DNA of 63,904 nucleotides, the filler included, from an uncultured Methanosarcinales archaeon (lineage in GTDB: Archaea > Nanobdellota > Nanobdellia > Woesearchaeales > CAYNLP01), in NCBI GenBank assembly GCA_964398115.1. It is 3 parts of 3 records of this genome, joined end to end, with 100 filler letters (N's around TTAATTAATTAA, not from the genome) between each part and the next. Parts side by side here need not be neighbours in the genome. Positions count along the whole stretch, not along the records: positions 24,247 to 47,353 come from CAYNLP010000015.1; positions 47,454 to 63,904 come from CAYNLP010000019.1; 1 more part is not named here. The stretch is one strand, 5' to 3'. Below are positions 38,970-48,278 of the stretch, piece by piece. The stretch's first letter is position 1. Each line of letters starts with the position of its first letter. The position numbers and the translations under genes were made by a program. The notes beneath the pieces were generated by a model. It was not told the DNA's origin, searched no databases, and saw only the letters and a program-made list of their open reading frames with translations.

Positions 38970-40166
38970 TTATTCTTTACTTCTAATTGGTTTTATAGTC
39001 GCTCTTATAGCTTGATAGTCTTGATTTGAGGAATCATCTTCAAATGATGCTGTTTTAATTTTTAAATCGTTTGAAGACACGGAATATATGCCCAAAGTTA
39101 AATAACTACTTTGTACTTCAAATTCTGGCATTGGGGGAAAATCCCTTCCTATTCTATTCTTTGATTTTTCGGCTGTAGGAAACATATCCTGAGCGTATTG
39201 ACCGTGAGAATGAGTGTTCCTTACAACCCAATTAAATATCCTCGCAACAAGCCTACTGGTATCAAGCATATCTTGATCAACAATAGAGGTTTCTACTATT
39301 TCTTGAACCATATCTTTCTCTATAGAATCAAAAGATGTACACCCCCTAATATACTCGTACAAAACCCTTTCAGGCATTAACCCTCCAATTAAAGATAATA
39401 TATCTTGACCATCTATAGGTTCACTTCCTAACCTAAGCCGATCACTTTTTTTACCATGATAACAACAATACAGGTCGAGCGTATCAGTTTCCAAACGAGT
39501 ACTCGTCACTAAAATATTTCCTTTTAATCTGTTATGTAGAACGTCTCTAACTTCTCTTACTTTTTTTTGTTCTCTATGCAGATACAATTTTTCAAAAGTA
39601 GAGTAAAGCATTGGTAAATCGGGAACTACTGTCTTCGAAGGTTCTTTTGTAGGTATATCTTGTTCGCCTTGAACATTTTTCAAATCAAGATCATATTCTA
39701 TTTCATACATTGAATTGCCATCCTTTATGAAACCTCCTCTTAGAAAAACCGGTTTTATCTTAAAACCTGTTTGCGTTCGCTTTAATTCTATTGCCTCTCG
39801 CCAAGGGAGCTTAACTTCATCAACTGCTCTATTTATTTTGTTTTTTCTAGTTTCAATCTTGCTCTCAACTTTTTCAACTTCATCTTTAAACTCTTCTTGC
39901 GTTCGATTCAACACTTTGAAACCAGCAAGTGACTTGTACAATTGATTTTGCTCCATCCAACTCTCAGATGATCTAGAAATCATATCTGTAACCCCATTGT
40001 CTAAATCATAAGCTATTTGTATTAAGTTTTCAACATTCATGTCAGGTAATTCATCAACTGTTCTTATCAATCTCATAGCGATTTCTCTAACATTACCAAC
40101 ATTTTGCATTTCTCTCAATTCTTTTAGAGTTTCTTCAACCCTGTTTTCCAAATTGTCTTCCGACAT
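38970..40166 (-). CDS. Hypothetical protein sharing an N-terminal helical module with its neighbour
   Basis: 398 aa ORF; first ~60 aa align with 40172-41461. Confidence 0.7.
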   Translation of the reverse strand: MSEDNLENRVEETLKELREMQNVGNVREIAMRLIRTVDELPDMNVENLIQIAYDLDNGVTDMISRSSESWMEQNQLYKSLAGFKVLNRTQEEFKDEVEKVESKIETRKNKINRAVDEVKLPWREAIELKRTQTGFKIKPVFLRGGFIKDGNSMYEIEYDLDLKNVQGEQDIPTKEPSKTVVPDLPMLYSTFEKLYLHREQKKVREVRDVLHNRLKGNILVTSTRLETDTLDLYCCYHGKKSDRLRLGSEPIDGQDILSLIGGLMPERVLYEYIRGCTSFDSIEKDMVQEIVETSIVDQDMLDTSRLVARIFNWVVRNTHSHGQYAQDMFPTAEKSKNRIGRDFPPMPEFEVQSSYLTLGIYSVSSNDLKIKTASFEDDSSNQDYQAIRATIKPIRSKE

Positions 40167-40171
40167 CTTTT

Positions 40172-41461
40172 TTACCTCGTTGTTTCGATTATTCTCGCAT
40201 CTCGAGTGAGTTCATTCCATAGATCGAGGGGAACTTGTTCAACTGCGCTTATCCGGTAGTTTCCATCCAGCAGTTTCTCTTCTTTTATTGTGTCGTATAA
40301 ACCATATTGACCTCCGTCTAACAATATATTTTTACCAGAAACTATATTGTAAACACAACTTTCTCTTTTTCTTTTTTCTGGTACGGTAGAATTCTCTTTA
40401 GAACCTAAGGGTAGGAATTCAATTTGTGATTCTTTACTTCTGTTAGGCCTAGGATTATTCAAAAATCCATAAATCGAATATGCTAGAAAATCGTCATAAA
40501 CACCAATAGAAGAAGGACTTGCACTTCTACCATCCTTTTTCACAACATCTCCTGAGAGAGTTCTTATCCACACATCCTCGTTACCAGATGATTTGTCTTC
40601 CTGTGCTAGGTATAAGACTCCGTCGTGACTTATCATGTCAGTAACATGTATTTCTTCATGTAAAGTTGCTACTAATCCCTGGGAATTAACAATCTTTGTT
40701 TTCTCCCACTCTCCACCTAGGCACACATAGATCTCTTCATTATGAGCTTCCATAATTACAGGTTCCAAAACACCTGTGTTTATTATCATCTCGTCACTCT
40801 TAGAGTGATAAACTCCTGTTTTATCTTTAGTTCGTTTATAATTGTCCACCCACGCCCTTTCCAAGAACTTATCAATCCTTGTCCTACTTCCGATGCTTTG
40901 ATCATAGAGTTCGCCATTTTGAGATAGAATAGAAAATATTTTATATCTAGAACTCACTTCTTCATCTTCTAACGTGTTTAAAATTTTATCATCGACAGCT
41001 TCATATAATTCCCCTTGATGTATGCACACATCATTAATGGGATCTTGCCGATTTCTTAGGAGATAAATTTTCTGTTGACCTATGCCTAGCAATCGTTCGT
41101 TGCACGCTACTGCTAGTAGTCTACTATTAGCGCTTCCTATATCATCTAGTTTTTGTAGTGATTTTTGAGCTTCTTTATCTTCTGGATTTTGTTGTAAAAC
41201 TGCTTGATATCCTGATTTAGCTAGTTCGTATTTTCCGTCTTCCCTCCATTTATCAGCCAGTTCTAATACTTTATCTCTTATTCCTTTGTCTATTTCTAGT
41301 GCTTGTTGTAATAGTTCTGAAGAGGCTTCGTTGCTAGCTTTTCTGGCCTTGTTTATTAGTTGTAGGCTGGCTTGTCGTAGAGAACTGAATCTCTGTAATT
41401 CTCGGAGTTCTTTACTTATTGATTTTACTCTTTCTTCTAAAGACTTTTCGTCTTCCCCCAT
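40172..41461 (-). CDS. TPR-like helix pair plus beta-propeller-like protein
   Basis: LADKWREDGKYELAKSGYQAVLQQNPED TPR-like; repeated HQGELY/QNGELY/HDGVLY blades. Confidence 0.6.
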   Translation of the reverse strand: MGEDEKSLEERVKSISKELRELQRFSSLRQASLQLINKARKASNEASSELLQQALEIDKGIRDKVLELADKWREDGKYELAKSGYQAVLQQNPEDKEAQKSLQKLDDIGSANSRLLAVACNERLLGIGQQKIYLLRNRQDPINDVCIHQGELYEAVDDKILNTLEDEEVSSRYKIFSILSQNGELYDQSIGSRTRIDKFLERAWVDNYKRTKDKTGVYHSKSDEMIINTGVLEPVIMEAHNEEIYVCLGGEWEKTKIVNSQGLVATLHEEIHVTDMISHDGVLYLAQEDKSSGNEDVWIRTLSGDVVKKDGRSASPSSIGVYDDFLAYSIYGFLNNPRPNRSKESQIEFLPLGSKENSTVPEKRKRESCVYNIVSGKNILLDGGQYGLYDTIKEEKLLDGNYRISAVEQVPLDLWNELTRDARIIETTR

Positions 41462-41494
41462 TTGTTACTACTGAGTAGAATTAATTTAAGTAAT

Positions 41495-41698
41495 TTACTG
41501 TTTTTTCTCTTCAACTTTTTTCTTTAGTTTGGCGTCGACTTTTCGTTCGCTGTTTTTCATTGCTGTTTCGAACAAGATTTTGTTCTCTTCCTTTAAATTC
41601 TCTATTTGTTCGTCTTTTCTTTTTATTTCTTCTTTGAGTGCTTCTATCTTTTTCTCGTAGTCGATTTCTTGATTTTGGTCTAGGTTTATGTCGCTCAT
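41495..41698 (-). CDS. Small coiled-coil protein
   Basis: 67 aa heptad-rich ORF. Confidence 0.6.
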   Translation of the reverse strand: MSDINLDQNQEIDYEKKIEALKEEIKRKDEQIENLKEENKILFETAMKNSERKVDAKLKKKVEEKKQ

Positions 41699-41818
41699 TG
41701 TTTAGTTCAATATTTTGGAGTGTATTAAAATGTTTCGTAACCTTCACGTTTTTTTCGTAAAAGCTTCAACTTGTAGGGGCGAATTGATATATAACATTTA
41801 ATTTTTTATTTTGATGTT

Positions 41819-42238
41819 ATGAATGAGCGTGTTTGGAAAGTATTGCAGGAAGTGAGGAAGGATGCGAGAAAAGGTTTTACGGCGATAAGTGAGGATACTG
41901 GTATTCCTATCACTACGGTGCATGATTATTTTTACAAGTTGAAAGAAAAGGGTTTGCTAAAAGGTTTGGTTTCTTTGCTTGATTTTTCCAAGTTGGGTTT
42001 TCACTTTCATTTTTTGTATGTGGCGGATTATTGTCATGATTTGGAAAGTTATTTGTGGCATGAGTATATGGTGAATAATTTGTTTGAGTCTGATGATAAA
42101 TTAATTTTTGACATTTATTTCAAAGCTTTGGATGAAAAGGAGAAGTTTGACAAAGTTTTAAATGGTTTTGACGTTGAAGTTGTAGATTTTAGGATTGTGG
42201 ATGAGTTGCGGCGTGAAAGTTTTGTTCCTAGGCGTTAG
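41819..42238 (+). CDS. Lrp/AsnC-family regulator
   Basis: DARKGFTAISEDTGIPITTVHD HTH, LDFSKLGF. Confidence 0.8.
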   Translation: MNERVWKVLQEVRKDARKGFTAISEDTGIPITTVHDYFYKLKEKGLLKGLVSLLDFSKLGFHFHFLYVADYCHDLESYLWHEYMVNNLFESDDKLIFDIYFKALDEKEKFDKVLNGFDVEVVDFRIVDELRRESFVPRR

Positions 42239-42291
42239 AGGGCGATAATTTTATAAAGTGAGATACTTACGTCGTGAATGGGTGATACTCG

Positions 42292-42687
42292 ATGGTTTGG
42301 GAAAAAATTAAGGATGCACTTCTAGGAAGAGAAAAAAAGAGTAGTAAGAAAGACTTTGCTAAAGGCGTTGCTGGCGGAGCTGCAATTGCTGGCTTGGTTG
42401 CAACGGCTAAGCGAATGCATGAGAAAGGTTATGATGAAAAGGCTATCAAGATGTTGAAGGATAGCAGTGAAAAGTTGAAGGAAGAAGCTGAGAATTTGAA
42501 GGCGAGGATTAAGCAGAAGAAAAAGCCGAGCGAGGAAAAGATGGATGAGTTGAAGAGTAAAGTTCCTCGTAAGACGAAGGATGAGATTAAAGAGTTCGCA
42601 AAGGAAGAATACGGAGTTGAGCTTTCAACGAATGATCTCAAAGATGAGATGATCGAGCAATTCTTTGACGAATTAGAAAGCAGATGA
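42292..42687 (+). CDS. Hypothetical protein with hydrophobic segment
   Basis: GVAGGAAIAGLVA; GGTGA SD; ATGA overlap with gatD. Confidence 0.65.
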   Translation: MVWEKIKDALLGREKKSSKKDFAKGVAGGAAIAGLVATAKRMHEKGYDEKAIKMLKDSSEKLKEEAENLKARIKQKKKPSEEKMDELKSKVPRKTKDEIKEFAKEEYGVELSTNDLKDEMIEQFFDELESR

Positions 42688-43976
42688 ATGTTGAGCCGGG
42701 AAGCGTTGTTAAAGTAGTTACTGATGAGGAAGAGCTAGAAGGAGTTCTGATACCCAGTGATGACAAAGATTACTTGGTTTTGAAGCTTGACAGTGGTTAC
42801 AACATCGGCGTTTCAATTGAAAGGGTTGAAGACGTAGAAGTTTTGGAAGAACCTGAAGGCGAAGTAGAGCCAAGTTTTGAAGTAGAGGAAGTTGATGAAG
42901 ACCTGCCTAGAATTTCTATCTTGCATACCGGCGGTACGATTGCGAGCAAGGTTGATTACAGGACGGGCGCGGTGGATAGTAAGTTTAGTCCGGAAGAAAT
43001 CTTGCGTTTGTTTCCAGAATTGCAAGACATCGCTCAAATCGATTCTAGGTTGATTAGTAACACGGCTAGTGAACTGATTCGTTTCGATCATCATAATTTG
43101 ATGGCAAGAGCCGTTGCTGAAGAGAGGGAGAAGGGCGTGGACGGTGTTATCATCACGCATGGCACGGATACTATGCATTATAGTAGTGCGGCTTTGAGTT
43201 TTGCACTTGAAAATTTGGACATACCTGTTGTTTTTGTGGGTAGTCAGCGTAGTAGTGATCGTCCGAGTACGGATGCTTATGTTAATCTTATCTCGGCGGC
43301 TAGGTTTATTGCAGAAACCAGTTTTAAGGGTGTAGGTGTTTGCATGCATGAAGGTATGAGTGACGATACTTGTTTGGTCTTGCCCGGTTTGAAGTGTAGG
43401 AAGATGCACACGAGTCGTCGTGATGCGTTTAAGCCGGTTAATAGCGATCCGATCGCTCGTGTTGATGCAGAACGGGGAGAAGTTGAGTTGTTGGGTGGTT
43501 ATGAAGAAAAAAATGTTGAAGAGGATTTAGAGGTTCACGAGTTTGATCCCGACGTGCAAGTTGGATGGTTGAAGTGTCATCCTAACATGTTTGGTGTGGA
43601 GTTTGAAAATTATGAAGGTTTTGACGGCTTATTGCTTGAATTGACTGGTTTGGGTCACGCCCCTAATATGGTTGAGGATGAGTACATGCAAGAGCATAAT
43701 ATTATTGAGGAGAGGATTGAGGAGTTGTGTGAGGAGATGCCGGTGGTGGCATCTAGTCAGTGTTTGTATGGCAGGGTTAACATGAATGTTTATAGTCCTG
43801 GTAGGGAGTTGAAGTTTGATGGCGTGGTTGGTGATCATTTGGATATAACGCCGGAAACGGCTTTTGTTAAGTTGGCTTGGCTTTTGAGTAATTTTGAAGA
43901 TAGGGTTAGAGAATTGTTTTGTGAAAATTTGAGAGGCGAAGTTAGTAGTCGTAGTGAAGAAGATGACTACTTGTGA
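42684..43976 (+). CDS. gatD: Glu-tRNA(Gln) amidotransferase subunit D
   Basis: LKLDSGYNIG, TGGTIAS, HGTDTM, SQRSSDRPS. Confidence 0.96.
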   Translation: MNVEPGSVVKVVTDEEELEGVLIPSDDKDYLVLKLDSGYNIGVSIERVEDVEVLEEPEGEVEPSFEVEEVDEDLPRISILHTGGTIASKVDYRTGAVDSKFSPEEILRLFPELQDIAQIDSRLISNTASELIRFDHHNLMARAVAEEREKGVDGVIITHGTDTMHYSSAALSFALENLDIPVVFVGSQRSSDRPSTDAYVNLISAARFIAETSFKGVGVCMHEGMSDDTCLVLPGLKCRKMHTSRRDAFKPVNSDPIARVDAERGEVELLGGYEEKNVEEDLEVHEFDPDVQVGWLKCHPNMFGVEFENYEGFDGLLLELTGLGHAPNMVEDEYMQEHNIIEERIEELCEEMPVVASSQCLYGRVNMNVYSPGRELKFDGVVGDHLDITPETAFVKLAWLLSNFEDRVRELFCENLRGEVSSRSEEDDYL

Positions 43977-44048
43977 TTATCCTATGTAGAAGGGTTTGTC
44001 CTTTTCTTCGTCGTCGCTGTCTTCCGTTTCTTCTTTTGGTCCACTCAT
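43977..44048 (-). CDS. Putative 23-aa acidic micropeptide ending FYIG
   Basis: MSGPKEETEDSDDEEKDKPFYIG; TTTATAA upstream; stop abuts gatD stop. Confidence 0.35.
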   Translation of the reverse strand: MSGPKEETEDSDDEEKDKPFYIG

Positions 44049-44154
44049 TATTATATTTGTTATTATTGGAGTGGTTAGTTATAAACGTGACGGTTATTTC
44101 TTTTCTATATGGACAAGAAATAGTTTTATACCACCACCTTTTCTCCTTAAACAA

Positions 44155-44610
44155 ATGATGGATGTTGATTTAGTTGTAGATGGTTATTTATTCCATGAAG
44201 ACAAGGTTTTACTAATCCATCATCGTAGCAGCGACATGTGGCTTCCAGTCGGCGGACACATAGACGACAACGAAACTCCCGATCAAGCCTTACGAAGAGA
44301 ATTCAAAGAAGAAGTAAAAGTTGAAGTGGAAATTTTAGGTAAAAAGGACCTTCCTCTCGAATATCCAAATAAAGAAAATCTTGCTACACCTTTTCATTCA
44401 GACTTACACAATGTAGGCGACCATGATCACTCCTGTCTTTACTACGCTTGTAAGCCAAAAGAAAAACCAGAAATCAAAGTTGATGAAGACGAGATAAAAG
44501 ACTACGAGTGGTTTTCGAAAGAAGAAATAAAAGAAACAAGTAAACTGTCAGAAACTGGAAGGGCGATCGCGTTGGAAGCTTTCAAAACTGTAAAAGATTT
44601 AAACCAATAA
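44155..44610 (+). CDS. Nudix hydrolase
   Basis: GGHIDDNETPDQALRREFKEEV Nudix box. Confidence 0.88.
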   Translation: MMDVDLVVDGYLFHEDKVLLIHHRSSDMWLPVGGHIDDNETPDQALRREFKEEVKVEVEILGKKDLPLEYPNKENLATPFHSDLHNVGDHDHSCLYYACKPKEKPEIKVDEDEIKDYEWFSKEEIKETSKLSETGRAIALEAFKTVKDLNQ

Positions 44611-44627
44611 AACTTATTCTCTAAAAT

Positions 44628-44963
44628 ATGAGGGTTTGGGACGTTCCTTGTGAAATGTTAGAAAATCAAAACTTATTGGGTGAGCATAGAGAACTCCACG
44701 CCATTTGGAACATACTAACCCAAGATAAAAGAGGTTATAGAGATCATCCTGAAACAAAGCGTTGGGAAGGAAAATTAAAAGCGTTATACAAAAGGCATGA
44801 AGAACAAGTAACGGAAATGAAAAGTAGAGATATGAATCATGACAGCCCATTAGACGAGGAAGAAGCAACAGGAGAGGATGAACAAGACGAAGTCGTTGAC
44901 ACTTTAGAAAGACAATATGAGTTGTTAAAAGAAAAAGACGCGTTGAAAACACGGAATTCTTGA
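44628..44963 (+). CDS. Pyrimidine dimer DNA glycosylase / T4 endonuclease V-like protein
   Basis: MRVWD..L..QNLLGEHRELH, HPETKRW, EMKSR..NHDSPL. Confidence 0.75.
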   Translation: MRVWDVPCEMLENQNLLGEHRELHAIWNILTQDKRGYRDHPETKRWEGKLKALYKRHEEQVTEMKSRDMNHDSPLDEEEATGEDEQDEVVDTLERQYELLKEKDALKTRNS

Positions 44964-45018
44964 ACTTTAAAAAGCCGTAACTTATATATAGTCTCTTTCT
45001 ACATAAAATTGTTTTTGT

Positions 45019-45441
45019 ATGAAACAGGTTTTGACAGCAGCAGGGTTTTTGATACGTGAAGATAGGGTGTTATTGAAATATCATGAAAAAGTAGACTTAT
45101 GGCTTCCTTTCAAAACTCACGTACGAGAAGGTGAGACTCCGAACGAAGCTATTAAGAGAAAGTTTAAAGATGAAACCGGTCTTGAAATAGAAATTTTGAA
45201 CAAGGAAGAAATCACGACGAGCGGGAAGATTGATAGAGAACTCGCAGTTCCTTTCTACGCTAACGTTCACGAAGCAGGCGATCACAACCACATATGCTTT
45301 TACTACGTATGCAAAGTCGAAGATGCAAAAGAATTCAAAGGACGGAGCAAGTGGTTCAGCAAAGAAGACTTAGAACAGGAACACGTCCCAGACGATGTGA
45401 AAAATATTGCGTTGAAAGCATTCAAACAACAAGAACAATGA
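45019..45441 (+). CDS. Nudix paralog with degenerate Nudix box
   Basis: FKTHVREGETPNEAIKRKFKDETGL; shares GDH.H motif with 44155 gene. Confidence 0.75.
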   Translation: MKQVLTAAGFLIREDRVLLKYHEKVDLWLPFKTHVREGETPNEAIKRKFKDETGLEIEILNKEEITTSGKIDRELAVPFYANVHEAGDHNHICFYYVCKVEDAKEFKGRSKWFSKEDLEQEHVPDDVKNIALKAFKQQEQ

Positions 45442-45558
45442 CAAGCGATTTCTCCCACTTAAAACCCTTGTATACTAGAAATTCTTAACATTAAGGCAAA
45501 GTTTTAAAAATAACAAAGAGTTTACGAAACAGTACTAAAAAAATTATTCAAAAAGCCA

Positions 45559-47353
45559 ATGGGGGTTGGTAACATGGAAGAAAACAAATCAAATTCTACA
45601 ATTCTAACTAGCACAATCTACGCAACAATATTCACAATGAGCCTATTAATACTAATGACCCCCGCTATGGCCCAAACTATATCCAACCCAGACCCGACCT
45701 TCTTATTACAAGACACTAACGGAGATGGAACCAATAGTATTCAAATAGGATGGTCAGATTCAGATAATTATACAGGTTCACAAAGCGTTCACGTACAAAC
45801 ACTAAGTTCTACAACAGATTATTCGAAAGTTATAGTTCCAGTTAGTCAAACATTAGAAAGTAGTGATAACTTAACTTATTGGGCGAAGAAAGCTGGAGGC
45901 GATAGTTCAGCCACAGCATATGACGAAATTTGGCTATACTTAGACACTAGCAACGACGGTAATGTAGATACATTCTTGTTCAATAACCTAAATAAAGATT
46001 CTGGAACAGAAACCGGTGACGGCTGGGCGAGAGTAACAGCACAATTCGCAGACAGCGAAGGATGGGCTAAAGTTAATCCAGACCAAACTACCAGTAGCGT
46101 AGACATTTCTGATTATTACGGAGATCAAATAATGTATGCATCACTAGGCCAAGGAGCACCATTCGCAGGACCAGTAAGCAAAGAAGTCTATCTAGATAAC
46201 CTACAATTCAACGGTATCACACTGTTGGATGAAGATACAGGAACAGCTAGAGTGAGACAAATTGAAGGCGTTACAACAAGCATTCAAGAAAACGTAGATG
46301 CCGTACTTTCCGGAGATACGGTAGAAGTTAGTCCCGGAACTTACACTGAAAGCTTAGATATTAGCACTTCAAACTTAGCATTAACTAGCACAGGTGACAA
46401 GGATAATACCATAATTGAAGCTCCTTCCGGTACTACAAACTTAATCGAAGTTGATCCTTCAGCAGATGGAGTTACAATAGACGGATTTACATTGACAGGT
46501 GCTAAAAGAAGAGCTATATTCCTTGGTACTTACGGCGACGCACCCGCAAACGTGGCTATAGAAAACAACCACATAAAGGACATTGGACACCACACTGATT
46601 CTAGTACCAGTAGTGAGTACGAGGTTCATGGAATTCTTGTAGAGGAAGGATCAGATAACACAATTGTGCGTAATAACTTGATCGAAAACCTTCAAGATGG
46701 TGGAGCAGGTAGAAGCGTAGGAATATCAGTTGTTAGCCAAGGAACAACAGGAGTTACCTCTGCTGTTATTGATAACAACACCCTAAGGAACATAATGGCC
46801 GACTCTGGATCAGAAGACAAGGTAAAAGGAATTGAACTTTCCGGAAAAATAGTAGACATAACAATTGAAGACAACACCATAAACAACATCGGTGACGCAT
46901 CCGAAACAGAAAAACCACGAGGACTAGCAATGATTGAACACGATATTGATGGCAAGACCGTTGGACCCACGAACTTCAACATCGTAAGAAACAAGTTTGA
47001 CAATATCAACAGTAACTATGGAGGCACAATTGTTGAAGGACCAGCTACAGTATTCATCGGAGGATATGATGACATGGGAAGTTCACACGCTATGAACTAC
47101 AACCAATTCCTAGATGGAATAGTAAGAAAATGCTGTGGAAGTAGTCCACAAAACCTAAGCGCTGAGAAGAACTACTGGAACGCAGCTTCCGGGCCATCAA
47201 ACGAAGGACTTGGAACAGGAACAATCGTCAGTAAAGATGTAGATTTCACTCCATGGTACGCAACCTCCAGCACAACGCCAGCAACAGAAAACGTTGAGGT
47301 TATCAGAAACCCGACAGTAGCGCTCTCCGATACAATCCAAGGAGGAATAGATG
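45559..47353 (+). CDS. Secreted/surface protein with right-handed beta-helix repeats, truncated by gap
   Basis: Signal peptide (PAMAQ), VSPGTYTE, TIDGFTLTG, repeated I.NN.I, NYW..SGP. Confidence 0.75.
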
Positions 47354-47453
47354 NNNNNNNNNNNNNNNNNNNNNNNNNNNNNNNNNNNNNNNNNNNNTTA
47401 ATTAATTAANNNNNNNNNNNNNNNNNNNNNNNNNNNNNNNNNNNNNNNNNNNN
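47354..47453. other. Assembly gap / contig-joining linker
   Basis: N-run + TTAATTAATTAA + N-run. Confidence 0.98.
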
Positions 47454-48278
47454 CTACCAACAGACGAAGTATACAACACATTCGTCAACGCATTAGACGA
47501 AAAAGAACAAATGGTTATAATAATATTAGACGAAATAGATCAACTAACCGAAAAAACAGGCGACGACGTCATCTACAACTTAACACGAGTAAACAGCGAA
47601 TTAGAAAACGCACAAGTCGGCATCATCGGAATTAGCAACGACCTCGTATTTGCAAACAACTTAGATCCAAGAGTAAAGTCGAGTTTGAGCGAAGAAGAAA
47701 TAGTTTTCCCACCATATAACGCGATACAAATACAAGACATACTAAGAAAAAGAGCAGACAATGCATTCAAAGAAGGAGTTTTAGAAGATGGAGTGGTTCA
47801 AAAATGCGCTGCGTATGCAGCTAGAGAACACGGCGACGCCAGACGAGCACTAGAACTACTAAGAGTAGCGGGAGAACTCGCAGAAAGAAAAGAAGAAAAC
47901 AAAGTCACACTAGAAGAAATAGATAAAGCAGAAGAAAAAATCGAAAGAGACAGGGTACTAGACATAGTACAAACACAACCAAAACAATTCCAAACCACAA
48001 TGTACGCAATACTAGAAAAAGCTGAAGACAAAACCGATAACATTTTAACCGGTGAAGTATATGAACAATACAAAGACGTTTGCGACAGGGCGGGAATGAG
48101 ACCACTCACACAGCGACGTATCAGCGACATACTCGCCGAACTCGACATGCTAGGAATAATAAACGCAGAAGTTGTCAGCAAAGGAAGATTCGGCAGAACC
48201 CGAGAAATAAGCACATCGATACCAAACAACCTCGAACCTCAAGTCGTGAACATGATAGAAGAGGATCTCGGAATATGA
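47454..48278 (+). CDS. cdc6: Cdc6/Orc1 (5' truncated), canonical type
   Basis: ILDEID, LDPRVKSSL, HGDARRAL, SKGRFGRT wing. Confidence 0.95.
   Translation, partial: LPTDEVYNTFVNALDEKEQMVIIILDEIDQLTEKTGDDVIYNLTRVNSELENAQVGIIGISNDLVFANNLDPRVKSSLSEEEIVFPPYNAIQIQDILRKRADNAFKEGVLEDGVVQKCAAYAAREHGDARRALELLRVAGELAERKEENKVTLEEIDKAEEKIERDRVLDIVQTQPKQFQTTMYAILEKAEDKTDNILTGEVYEQYKDVCDRAGMRPLTQRRISDILAELDMLGIINAEVVSKGRFGRTREISTSIPNNLEPQVVNMIEEDLGI

Noticed and set aside
27263..41461. Island as a provirus or ICE
   Set aside because: No integrase, capsid, terminase, relaxase, tRNA target or flanking direct repeats recognised; left unassigned
43996..44154. Hydrophobic N-terminal extension of the Nudix ORF
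   Set aside because: TTG-started read-through of intergenic DNA; the paralog starts at the position equivalent to 44155
48080..48274. Arg-rich N-terminal extension of DP1
   Set aside because: Alternative frame of the cdc6 3' end; ATGA coupling supports 48275
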